Assembly (NCBI GenBank): GCA_965287045.1
Contig: OZ336885.1
Coordinates: 63,488,001 to 63,552,000 of the forward strand
Origin: Carcharhinus amblyrhynchos
Taxonomy: Eukaryota
DNA length: 64,000 nucleotides
Reading direction: 5' to 3'
Shown: positions 27,021-38,489 of the stretch, in pieces
Layout of the letters: each line of letters opens with the position of its first letter
How positions within the stretch are numbered: the first letter of the stretch is position 1
Translations under genes and position numbers: made by a program
Notes under the pieces: model-generated
The model's database searches: none
Seen by the model: the letters and a program-made list of their open reading frames with translations, nothing else
Told to the model about the DNA's origin: nothing

Positions 27021-28529
27021 TTCATCGATGACGAGGTGGTTTGCAATGTCTCTTGTTAGTCATGCACTTGTGGCGGTGTCTGATGCTGGGCTCAGCCTTG
27101 GACTTTCAAGTGGTTATTGGGAAGTTAGAAACATACATTTCCCTTACAGATTTCGCAGAGCCCTGTCATTGAAACGGCCATATCAATTTTCAGTAAAGAA
27201 CGTAACCCAATTTCGCCACCACGCGTATTGTGCACCGGACATCAGACCTTCCGTATAAAATGCTGGTCAACTCTTACATTGCGACTTTGAGCAGGGCTTC
27301 CCCAGAACATAATTGCCATGTACCCGAAGACTATACAGCAAAGCATTCAAACTATACCCCGAAACATTTCATATTAATACAAACGTTTGTAGGGCAAATA
27401 CTAATCTTAAATTCGAAAAGTTTTGAAGAACAGATTTATGTTTCATAACCTACAGAATGTGCTGGGGATTTTGCTATTGCCACTGTCAGACGGTACACAT
27501 TGTTTTGAAACAACAATGAAATGTTTATGAAAAACAATTTTTTCTCACTGGGCACTTCCAATGTCTCATTGTATTTCTTCAGCTCTGCATGAAACTAGGG
27601 AGGTGAGGGGGAGGGGGAGTGGGGGTGGGTGCGTGGAGAAGATAAAGTTATTGTGTATATTTGAGCCGACAATAGATTGGAGTGAATTCCAAAACATTTG
27701 TACTTCGTTAAACCGAGCAACAGATTAGAAGGGGATATTTTTAAAACAGGCCATTTTTGCATCAGCACATTTCATCTGAGCATCTTTCACCCTAATAAGC
27801 GGACATATTTGAGATTTATGTTTATTCCTTGCTACATTTTTTTTTCTTACTGTTCAAATAAACCCTGCTTTCTGATCAAATATGAATGACCTCCATTTCA
27901 GCATTCATCAGGTTATTTTGATGCCCATTGAGCTAATCTATTTTATTCGAATTCATATCATTCGATTCCTTTGCGTCATTATGTACCGTTTCTTTTTAGT
28001 ACAAAACATATCCCTTGAATCGTCACAATGATACCATTTGCCAGATTCGAAAAAAAAAATCCAGATTTAATTTCCAAGGCTTACTGAACAATGTCAAGTT
28101 CAAGACTGCGTGCAACGGTCTAATATGTTTTTCATCTCTGAGGTTGTTTTTGAATAAATAATAGGATTGTACGAATATTATTATGACGAATAAGAAGCTG
28201 CCAGGGATGGTTTGATGATACTTACATACAAAAAAAAAATGTAGCCCTCAAAGTGAAGGCAACTGTTGAAAATAATCACAAGGACAGCCCATGTATCTCT
28301 GGAAATGCAATTTATCCAGAAAAAAGGAAAGTGACAAGTTAAGACAAAACCACGTGGTTAAGTAAGGATTGTAGAATCTAGAGAAATGAAGAGTAGGGAT
28401 GAAGTGAGAAAGGAACAAGACAGTATGACGTGGGAAAATTATGTTGTTGGAACATTGGAGAAGTATAGCACAATATGGCATTTCGAGTCTAAATTAGCAC
28501 TAAATTAACAGTGCAAAGGCCGATGATAA

Positions 28530-30600
28530 CGTAGGCGATAGGAACAGAAGTACGCATGTTTACAATTTGGGCCGGCTAAGCCACTCAATTTTATGTCTGA
28601 TCACTCCCTTGTTTCAAATGATCTTCTTACCTGCACCATCGATCACATTATCCCATTGTTTTAAACAGATATGCATTTATTTCCTTCTTGAATCAATGTA
28701 ACGATTGAGATTTCGTCACTCGATGGCAGCAAGTTCAGGAAATTCATGACACTTGGTGAAAAGTAATTCCTCTTCATCTCCGTTTTATATCGACTGCCTC
28801 CCAATTGATGCGTCCAAAACCTTGTTCTATTTGCCCCATATGAAGAAACCTTTGATCTAGTCTATCAATAACTTTTTGCAATCGTAGATATCTCTGCCAG
28901 ATCCAACACATACATGTAATCTCCACTGAGAAAAAAAAACGAAAATTGCTTAATCTCTCCGCGTTTGTCAACTCCTTGATATGTGGATCGGATTTATTGA
29001 ATCTCCTCCGTAATTTGTCCAATTCCACTCCATCCTTCATCAAATAAGGAGGCTGAAACTTGAAGAAAAAAACATTGATCAAGTTATGGTATCAACAACA
29101 CTCCATACAGCAGCAAGATATATTCTCAAATATTCGACTCCGGTCATTTTTGCAATAAATGCCATTTTCAATTTGCCTCGTTTATCAAATGTACCTGCTA
29201 ACAGAATTTCTACTATGCAAGAACAAAGGCAATCAGATCTCTGCCCAGGAGTATTCCGAAGCGTTTCTCCTTTACGGAATAATTTGTCTTTCTTTGTTTT
29301 TTTTTCTGTCAAAATAAATGAACTCACATTTACCCACATTGCACTCTGTAAATTTTGGTCCATTCTCCTAGCTGATCTTTTACCATTTTCAGAATCTGAA
29401 TTCCCCCAATTTAAGTATCATCCGCATGTTTTACTAACTTACTGTTTGTCCCTTTTTGCACATCATTCGCTTGCATTGTAAAAGGTTGAGTTGCGAAGAC
29501 TAACCCTCTGTTACTCCCCCACTACAATAAGTCAACCAGAGAAGGATGCGTTTATTCCTACTCTCTGCTTTTGTAAGCGAGCCAATCCTTAATATAATCC
29601 AAAAGTCTAAACCAAATCACCTGCAACCTCGCCTTCCGGGTGACCTTCTTTGCAACACCCTGTCAAACAGCTTCTTGAGGCTCTGAGGCATGACAACCAC
29701 ATGTTCTTCATTCTCTGCCATGCTGGTTTTGTCCGTAGGGAACTGAAACACATTTGTCAATCATGACTTTCCCGTCATAGAACCACTCTAACAACGTTAT
29801 ATTGCACTTTCTCTTTTGAACTGCTATGCCACCAGATCCTTAACGATTGCTTTCAGAAACTCCTCCACCAAAGGCGTCAATCTAACTGGTTTCCTGATAA
29901 ATATGTGTGTCTCTCCCTTTCTGAATATTGGCTTCATATTTAACATACTCTAATCAACAGCAGCCATAATAGAATCCGAAAAGTTTAATGTCTCGCCAAC
30001 GAATAGTTCACAATCTCTGCTGAAGCTTCCTTAAACAGAGTAGGGTGGTCGTCCTAGATACGGATTTGCCTTTAGTACCCTTCGTTTATTCAAAGCTACT
30101 GCCCCGAAGTTTCCTCTGCATTAACGGCATTTTTGAGGAATAATTACAATTCTCTCCTGTGAATAGAGAGAAAATGTTGGTTTCGTGCATCCACCATCTA
30201 CGTCTTCACATGATCATCGCGCCAGTACTTTGGGCTCAAGGGCTAACATTTACTTTTGTTATTCTATTTCTTTTTACGTACTGAATAAACTTTTGGTGTC
30301 GATGTTTATATTTATAATAGTTCCCTTTCGAAATTTATCTTGCCTTTTTTGACTCAATTTTAATAGTCTAATACTGAACCTCATGTTTCTCCCAGTTTTC
30401 CTTTTCTTTCTTTCAAGTGAAATCATCAGCAATTCTTCCTCAAAAGTCCCTCCTTCAATTATCTGTGATTGTTTTCTTAGATCTATTCTTCCCGCACAAA
30501 ACACTGGAGCTCAGCATCAATCAGTGATTAGAATACGGCACACATGCGGAGTCGATGCAAACTACGACCTGAATGTCCTCTATCTTCCTTCAAGTTCCCC
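28530..30600 (-). mobile_element. Old degenerate CR1 ORF2 3' half
   Basis: Minus-strand remnants (LRRRFNKSDPHIKELTNAERL; MAFIAKMTGVEY..YLAAVWSVV; LFRKGETL) and a CR1-like 3' tail near 28535-28600. Confidence 0.7.
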
Positions 30601-33600
30601 AGCATTCTATGTGCCGATTTCGGGTTAGTTCCAAACGGTGACAACATGAGTTGCAAACATTGAATTTCCTGATGGTAAAAGTTCAAATATCTGCATCAAA
30701 ATGAATTGAACAATAATCTGAATAGAGAAAAAAAAAACAAATGAACTTCGACATGAATAGATGAGTATGTCGCCCATAGAAGTGAAAGAGGCAGAGCTTT
30801 TTGAATGAGATATGTTTGCGTGGAAACTGCCCACTGATCGTTTTGTGTTCAGTCCTATCGTACTCAGTCGAATGCATTGGTTCTTTCCAGATATATCAAC
30901 CTGATGGTGAAAATTCCTCTGCAATGTGCAGCCATGTATTAGCCTATATTATAATCACATGCTTCCAGCCTGATCACTTGGACGGAAAGCGACACTGTTA
31001 CAGTAAATATATAGTTAATATATAGTTCACATTATAATTAAGTGCCACCGCAAAGTACTCAGCTGGAATACTCAAAAAAAAGTCAAAATTGAAATCTTAA
31101 GATAAATGCAAGATTTGGCTATCTCATTAGCTAATTCTTCCCAAGCAAATCTTTATATTTCGCGTCCAGCTTCTCTTCTTTGAAAGGCAAAACAATGCAA
31201 GTGGCAAATACGAACATAAATAGTTGCCAGGAAACCCACATCAGATGACATTAGACTTGTGTTTCGATTTCGAGCACACACATATTGCCTGCAATAGAGG
31301 AAATGGACGATTTTTGAGACAGTTCAGGCAGGAGTGACTATGTCCGGTGACAGAATGACATCACAAATAGCCGATTAACAGGAGAATAAGCACGAAAATC
31401 GTTTAAGAACATTAAGTGAAAAACGGATCGAGCAGAACACATGCATTAAAAAAAAATGTTATTTTGGTCACAGCATATTTGGGGACCGGTTGTATTGTTT
31501 GCAATATGGAGAAATTTCACGAAGGTAGAGGAAAATGCTTATAGGAAGTTCGGTAAATTGCAACAGTTCAAACTCGCAATTCAGGGGCGTAAGTTTATCG
31601 TTCACAGATATGTGTGTGGCACGGACCAGGCATCATCAAATATTGTTACGGGGAATGTCTTTCCCGGATCACGAATTCAAAAATCGACCACAAATTAAGA
31701 TTTCAGATTAGTGAATTGCCATCTGTAACAGAAGAAGAAGCTCTAAAATACAAAGATGCTTGGAGGCAGCTGACGATGAAGACACATTTACACAATTAAT
31801 TTCAGAACACATGAATAATCAGAACATCATGGCAACTGAAGTCAAATACAAGGAGGCGAAGTGAAGCGTTGCCGATGTATTGTACAATAAAATATCAAGA
31901 TGACGTGTTTGATTCCATCTTCAGGAGCTCCTAATTCAATTTCCCCCCGGAACAGCTTTGGAACACATCTCACAATCCGATACAATTCTGAATGATGGGC
32001 ATGAACGTGTACGAAAAAAGAAAAAAAAAACTGAATAACAAGAGCAAACTTAAGTTTTATAGAGCCGCGTCTGCAATAACGAAGGCATATGATTAGCTCA
32101 TGGACTAAAATTTGTACATCGAGGCAGAAAAAAAAATGGGAACTTCATAGCTTCGAATCACAGTCTTGTGCAGTAATAAATGCAGCAACACGATTGCGAG
32201 GAATTGAAATCTTCTGTGGCAAATTATGCTTTATTGGAGCATTTTGATGTTTCACAAAATGAGAAAATATCTTCTGTAGAAGTTACAGAACAAAAGAAAG
32301 GCGTGGTGCCAACATAATTAATTGACAAGTATCTCAAATGCAGATTCACCATTGGGATTAATTGAATGCAAACTAAAGTTGCAGGGATGTGATGCATGAT
32401 GTGGAAATAATTTAAAAAATACAGAAAATGTTAGTGTAGTGAAATGAACATTGGGCATTCAAATTCAGCTTTTTCAGCGCAACATGCAGAATTAGAATAT
32501 CTGTTGATTCTGCTTGATTAGTGGAATCACATATCTCCATAAATGTTTTTTTTGTCAGTGTCAGCATTCAAGGAGTCATGAGTTAAAATGCTACCGCATC
32601 GGTGCATCACACGCACGGATGTGAAAACTGTATGTTGTTGGAAAATAATGAAGGACATAGTAGCATGATTGTCCGAGGGGGAAAACGACTGCTGTTGACA
32701 GAGAAAAAAAATCACAAAAACCATTTGCTAACATTTCAGGAAGGAAATGAAGTGTAGCGTTACTCTGTGAGACCTGATCAAATTGTTCGAAAAACGGCAG
32801 AGCACAGACCTCTTCGAGAACATCACAAATATAATGCAAAGTATTTTCTATAGCGAACCATTACATTGTTGTTTTCTACGTAATGGTGAATGAACAGTGC
32901 CGACATAAATTTCTATTCCGTGGAAATGCATTCTCGAAATTAACAAATGCAGAATCATGAGGACATTTTATAAATTGTTACTTCGTGAAATTTTGCAACT
33001 GTGGTCGGGAGTGCTTTTGGTGAGGCATGTAATTCACGGGACCACCGTCCCAAATCTTATAGAGTGGCAGTGAATATGAAAAAGGGGGGAAATAGGCATA
33101 GAAAATCGATCGTGGAATTGGGCCAACTTCCTGCCATGTGAGCGATATCCCTGTGTTTGAGGGGAACAAAGCGCAAAAGAGAAACATGTCTTAAAAATGA
33201 GGATTTGTGGAGGAGCAGATGCCACGAATCATTAATTGACGGCAGTTCAAATTAACTCCAAACCTCTTTGAATGTCAATGAAGTATTCAGAACAAGTAAT
33301 AAACGTTGTTAATTTGTAAATCAATTGACGTTTTGAAGTTACTGGCACATGAAATATCGCATAGTCAGATGGTTAATCAGACTTTCCAGTAAAGTTCTTG
33401 AGACTAGAGTGGCTGCAGGGATAACAATAACGTAAAAAAAAACTGCTGGCTTCAAGTCAGTAATGGCCCATTTGCTCAACAAAGAAAATTACTGAGGCTA
33501 CCATATCAATATGCTACTTAATAGCCTTTTACGATGAAAAAACACTGCTAACACTATTTCCGTGAACGCTGAATTCTTAGAGGAAATTAGTTGGCAGAAA

Positions 33601-33901
33601 GGACAGGTAAAAATGGTTGTGTTTCCTCTGGTAAGTCTCCTGATTTGGACTGTTGAAATCACAGTTCGTTAAGTACAATGTGTTTAGAGATAGAACACCA
33701 TCCTTAATCCCAAAAAAAAAACAAAAACGTGTTTTTGGATGAAACCAATATACTGTGGATGCTGGAATCTGAACCAAAAATAAACTGGAATCTGAGCAGA
33801 AACCGAAGCTCTGGCGATGTTCATCCGGGTTCGAAAATGTGGCTCCAATCTGATCACAATAATGTTACCGATGAGGTCAAATTTGTTCAGGCTGTCAAGC
33901 A

Positions 33902-33927
33902 TTGTTGTTGTTGTTGTTGTTGTTGTT
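33902..33927. repeat. (TTG)8 microsatellite
   Basis: Direct reading. Confidence 0.95.
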
Positions 33928-35253
33928 TTGTGTAAAAAAAAACTGTTTGCGATAGATGAGTCAGAATATAAATGTTTCGAGGTATGCAAATGCAACAAAA
34001 CTAAAAAAACAAAGCGGAACTACGGGAATTTCCAATGGGAGTTAACTGATGCTGGTTGGCCTCCTTCTCGAGGTAAAATATTAAGGAAAGGGGCTTGGAT
34101 GCATAACAAAACTCAACCAGTCTCTCAAAATAATACAAATTTGGAACACCCGTTTGTAAAACAATCGAGATTAATTGCTTCATTTGACATGTATTATGAA
34201 GTTCCCTTGATATTGATGATGGACTTTCGATTGTTTCGTCTACATGGATTGATAGAACATGTTTGGAAAATCACAGGTGAAAATGTGTTAACGTAAATGA
34301 TGATGCAACTGAAGAATCAATGTCACTGAGCATTAAAAAAAAGCTGACGGTATATGAAAATGAATGATGCCAGTTGTGTTTTTTTTTTCAGATTGCAGGA
34401 CAGTCGACACAGTACATGATGCCGAGAACATTAGATTTACTAATGTTCCACACTGGAGATGAAGAGTGAACAATAAATCACTTGAGATGAAGGGTGAAGA
34501 ATGTTACATTTAGTTATGTTCCGCACTCGAGGTGAGTCGTGATTTGTTTGGGACCTATATGAATATAAGGCAATGAAGGAAAATAAAGTTTTCCCTTTAA
34601 GCAAATATTCATATTCCGAGCAGCACACATCTGTTTAAGGATTGAACCTCGAATTTCGGGGCGCAAGTGAGATGGAATGCAACATTTTTCATCAGTACCT
34701 GATAGTGATTGCATCTCATTGCCGATCATGGAAGCAGAGATGGGTCGTTAAATTGAAATCTATTCAGTCGGGCACGTTAGAGAATTAAGCATGAGTTGTA
34801 ATACTTATTGAAATAGTGGTGAATCGGTGGCTCTGTCGAACCTCGGCTTAGCGTTATAACGAAAAAAAAAAACACTTGACTCTACAACAACAGATGTATC
34901 TATATCAGATCATAAAGAAACCATCAAGTGTTGCATAAAATACTTCCCTCCCCTCCTCCACCACTCCCCCCCCCCCCCCGTTAATTAATATGAGGCAATA
35001 GTGGAGAATGCATTTATCGTTATCTATAGAAATCTATCTTTGAAGAAAAATATGCACATAGCTTTATGAAATACAGTACGATATTTATTCATTCCATTAC
35101 ATATTAAAATTTTTCCACTACCGAATAACGTGGTGCAATAAACAATAATTATACTAATGGAAAAACTGAAACGATTCCTTCCCGGCTTAAAAATAAATTT
35201 CAGCCACTGGTGACTGATTCGCTATTCCCGCTGCCCACTATGCAAGTCTTTAT

Positions 35254-36514
35254 GATGTGCAAAACATTCCACTGGGAAAAAAAAAATCATTATGTGTTTG
35301 CACTTTTTCATGCCTGTTTTGTCTGGAGGCTGAGAGCTGAAGAAGCATGCCAATATTCACAGATACATTCTTATCAATGAATTTTGACTTGGTTATTGTG
35401 TATTTTTTTTTGGTTAAAAATAATACAGGGTTATTGGCAGGAATTATCAGAAATAACGTTCTTTCCTTTTTGGCAATGATAGGTTTGAGCATATAATTTA
35501 AACCAGTGAAATTGCATTCAAATAGAACCACGACTAAAAACGAAATAGAATTTGAATGCAAGAAAAACACAAAAATAAAATTAAAGCTAAACTTTCAAAC
35601 TCATGTATTTTCCATGATAAGCCAGCTCTTCTTTCAGCGCCAATAGAAAATATTTCCCCAAACCTAGTTAAGCTTATAATTTAAGGATGTCTTCATCACC
35701 GCTTCCTTCCCAAAAGGAACACAGGATATCGCTGCAGTGTAGAGGAAGACCATTTGGGCCATTCTCTCTGTATTTAAATTCGAGAAGAAGCCACTCTGGC
35801 CTAATCACGATCCTCTCCCTGTGCGTTTACATAGTTATTCAGTTTATCTTAAACAATTTTACACGGCCAACTGACAAAAAAATCAAGTACGCTGGTCCGT
35901 GAAAGAAAAAACTGGAGCATCTAAAGAAATACACCTGGACATGCGGAGAATGTGCAACACCCCTCAAAGATTATCGCCAAAATTGGGCGCAAGCATTGGG
36001 CCCTGGCAGTAAAAACTCCGCCACTCTGTGGTCCAAGTATCACTCAGTCCAAATGTTTTCCTGTTTGCCATTTCCTTTTCTGAATATTACAACATTTACA
36101 TATGATTTTTTGAAAGGGTATACTGGCCTTTACTGTTTCCAATTCATCTGATGTTTCCCATCTCTTTTCTTGTTTTTAAAGTATGTTCTGCCTTTACCCT
36201 TAATTGTACGTTCGTGTTCAAATTCTATTTCGTTTTTAGTTGTCGCTCTATTCGAACGCAATATCACTGGTTTAAGTAATATGCTCAAACATAGCTCAGC
36301 AAAGAGGCACGAACATTTTTTTTTTCTGACTAATTCCTGTCATAAACCCTGCATTGTGGTTCAGAATCACGAAAAAAAAAATGCATTGTTAAGGATTGAT
36401 TTGTGAATACGTGCCATGTTTCTTCAGCTTTCAGCCTCCAGAGAAAACCAACATAAAACGTGCAAACAAATAATGTATAATTATTTGTTTCAGTGGAATG
36501 TTTTGTACAACATC
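35254..36514. repeat. Diverged inverted repeat: ~300-bp arms (35254-35556 and 36217-36514), ~660-bp spacer
   Basis: The arms align as reverse complements, e.g. GACTAAAAACGAAATAGAATTTGAA vs TTCAAATTCTATTTCGTTTTTAGTT, and CAAAACATTCCACTG vs CAGTGGAATGTTTTG. The ORF track shows matching peptides SNSISFLVV.LFE.N.TGL..MLK on opposite strands. Confidence 0.9.
35710..36030 (-). mobile_element. Degenerate V-SINE remnant in the inverted-repeat spacer
   Basis: Reverse-orientation remnants: tail-like TGCAGTGTAGAGGAAGACCATTTGGGCC and V-domain-like GGACATGCGGAGAATGTGCAAC. Confidence 0.5.
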
Positions 36515-37746
36515 CTTTCAGTGAAACATTTATGTTATTTCAAATCCGTCCAAAATGTGTCTATTTAGTTGTGTTTTATATTGTCCTTACCTATTTCGTC
36601 GAATGACTTCTTGTATTTTTCGAGTTCTGCGAAGTCATTATTACATCATTTTAGTTCCCTCCTTGAAATAATTATTCGTGACGTTCCACTATAATACTGC
36701 GTGAAGAAAAGAACACAATCTTGTTCGGGCTCTTCTGCCAATATTGCTGGTGGAATTAAATTGTTGACAATGATACTTCTTTTTTTGCTAAGTCAGATCA
36801 GTGCAGGATTTTTCGCCAGACTTTTTTTTTAATTTAAGATGACTCAATAACCTTGATGCATCGCAAGGAAGGACAGAATTTCAGGAGTTCTACAATGCTG
36901 TGTACTCAATTGTAACCATTGGACGTACAACATTTCCATGATAAGAATGTAATTTGTTGCTTGGTGAAGTGTGATACCTTCAGTATGAGAGTCCTGCGTG
37001 AGGAGATATTAAATAATCGATCACTGAAGTCCATGAGTTTCAATTTCATTATGCGTATTTTTTTTGTGTAAAGGGGTTATGGTATAAAGAGGGATAGTTA
37101 ACATATATAAGCAAACATGTGTCCGTTCTTTTGTGCTATTGATAAACATAGTAATACGCAAAATATGAGAAGAAAAATGCTATTGACCTATTGAACAGTG
37201 CACCGATAGTGAATAACAACATGGCGGCGCTGACGTTTGGACGTCATTCACCATTGCAAAATGGAATATTGAGGCGAGAGATTAGGAAATAGTTCGAGAC
37301 AAAAGGTAAAGCAAAATATGGAAATAATAATGATGATTGACCGATGGGACATAAACATGCATCGAATGATTCAGGTGTTTATTTGGCGTGATCTGGGCCA
37401 CAGCATAATTGCATCAATCTTCTCTTATGTCTCCCATGACTTCATCACCCCACCCAAGTGTGAGTCAATTATATACAATCTGTGCACAATATTCCACGTG
37501 TGCCCTCAGTTATGTTTTGTGTAATTACAGCAGGGCCAAGACGCCGGAGGTGGGATGAGGCACAGTGGATGACCAGGGCGTCTTCTGTGTCTTGTCCAGC
37601 TCTTCACATTCTACGATGCTTGCAGAAACCGATTTATTGACCGTTGGATCTTCCATTGGTCTCTTCCGCTGAATCCGCCGGAATCTGTCTCCACATGCTC
37701 GGGTTGACATCTCCCTATCTCACCGAGGGTTGAGACCCGTCGTCTA

Positions 37747-37940
37747 CCCTCACCTGGTGTAGCCGGCTTGTCGAGACCGCTGTCCGGGGCGTGGCCGCTG
37801 TCGCATGCACACAGCTACTGGGAGCCACAGGTGAGAGCTAACTGCCAGGTGGGGACGAAATATGGACAACCGCTCTGAAAGGACTCCACTTGTTCCCCCG
37901 CCAAAGGTGTTACCCCTCCCTGATACCCCATACACGCCCC
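37747..37940 (-). ncRNA. HDV-like self-cleaving ribozyme fold at the RTE 5' end
   Basis: Minus strand. P1: GGGGCGU (37940-37934)/ACGCCCC (37792-37786). P2: CUCUCACCUG (37837-37828)/CAGGUGAGGG (37756-37747). P3: GGC/GCC. L3 starts UCCCAG. P1.1: CC/GG (37785-37784). P4: CGGU..GCCG. J4/2 is GCUAC, with the catalytic-C equivalent at 37762. Confidence 0.75.
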
Positions 37941-38489
37941 CAGAGGAATTCAAGTGTTGAAGAGGACAGTGATGATGATGATGATGATGATGAAGACGAC
38001 TAGAGTCAAGATGGCTGGAGGACAAGAGTCAAGACGACTGCAGGACAAGAGTCAAGACGGCTTGTCTTGCCATTGGATCTAGGTGGGAATTGGGAAGAGA
38101 GTGTGAGGCTGACGGTGCACAACTCTCCCTCACTTCAATCCAAATCAAGCGCTAGTTTCGACACCATCGTCATCAGTGTCCTCTTCAACCCTTGAAGTCC
38201 TGTGGCGATGGACGAGTGGTGAAGCAGCAGGTGTGGATACACTGGGAGCTGTAGTCACGGACCTGCACCAAGGCAGCTCAGGTCTAATGTTTTCCGCTGA
38301 CAGACACAGCAGTGGAACTCGGCGTCTACCTGGGCGACTGAGCAGCTCTCTTTAGGAAGGCATTGATCACTTCGGTAGATTGAGGATGGGGCAAGAAAAT
38401 GTGCCTCAAACATGGCCTGTTTCACGACACCCTGGCCAGTTTACCGCGGCTGGCGGGGATCCCACCTTGCGGTCGAACGCACAAAATAA

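Noticed and set aside
31732-31864. Protein-like frame RRSSKIQRCLEAADDEDTFTQLISEHMNNQNIMATEVKYKEAK as a possible terminal exon
   Set aside because: Weak acceptor, no homology recognised and no partner exons.
33817-34296. 159-aa ORF with a poly-Val stretch
   Set aside because: The poly-Val comes from the (TTG)n repeat, and there is no recognisable domain.
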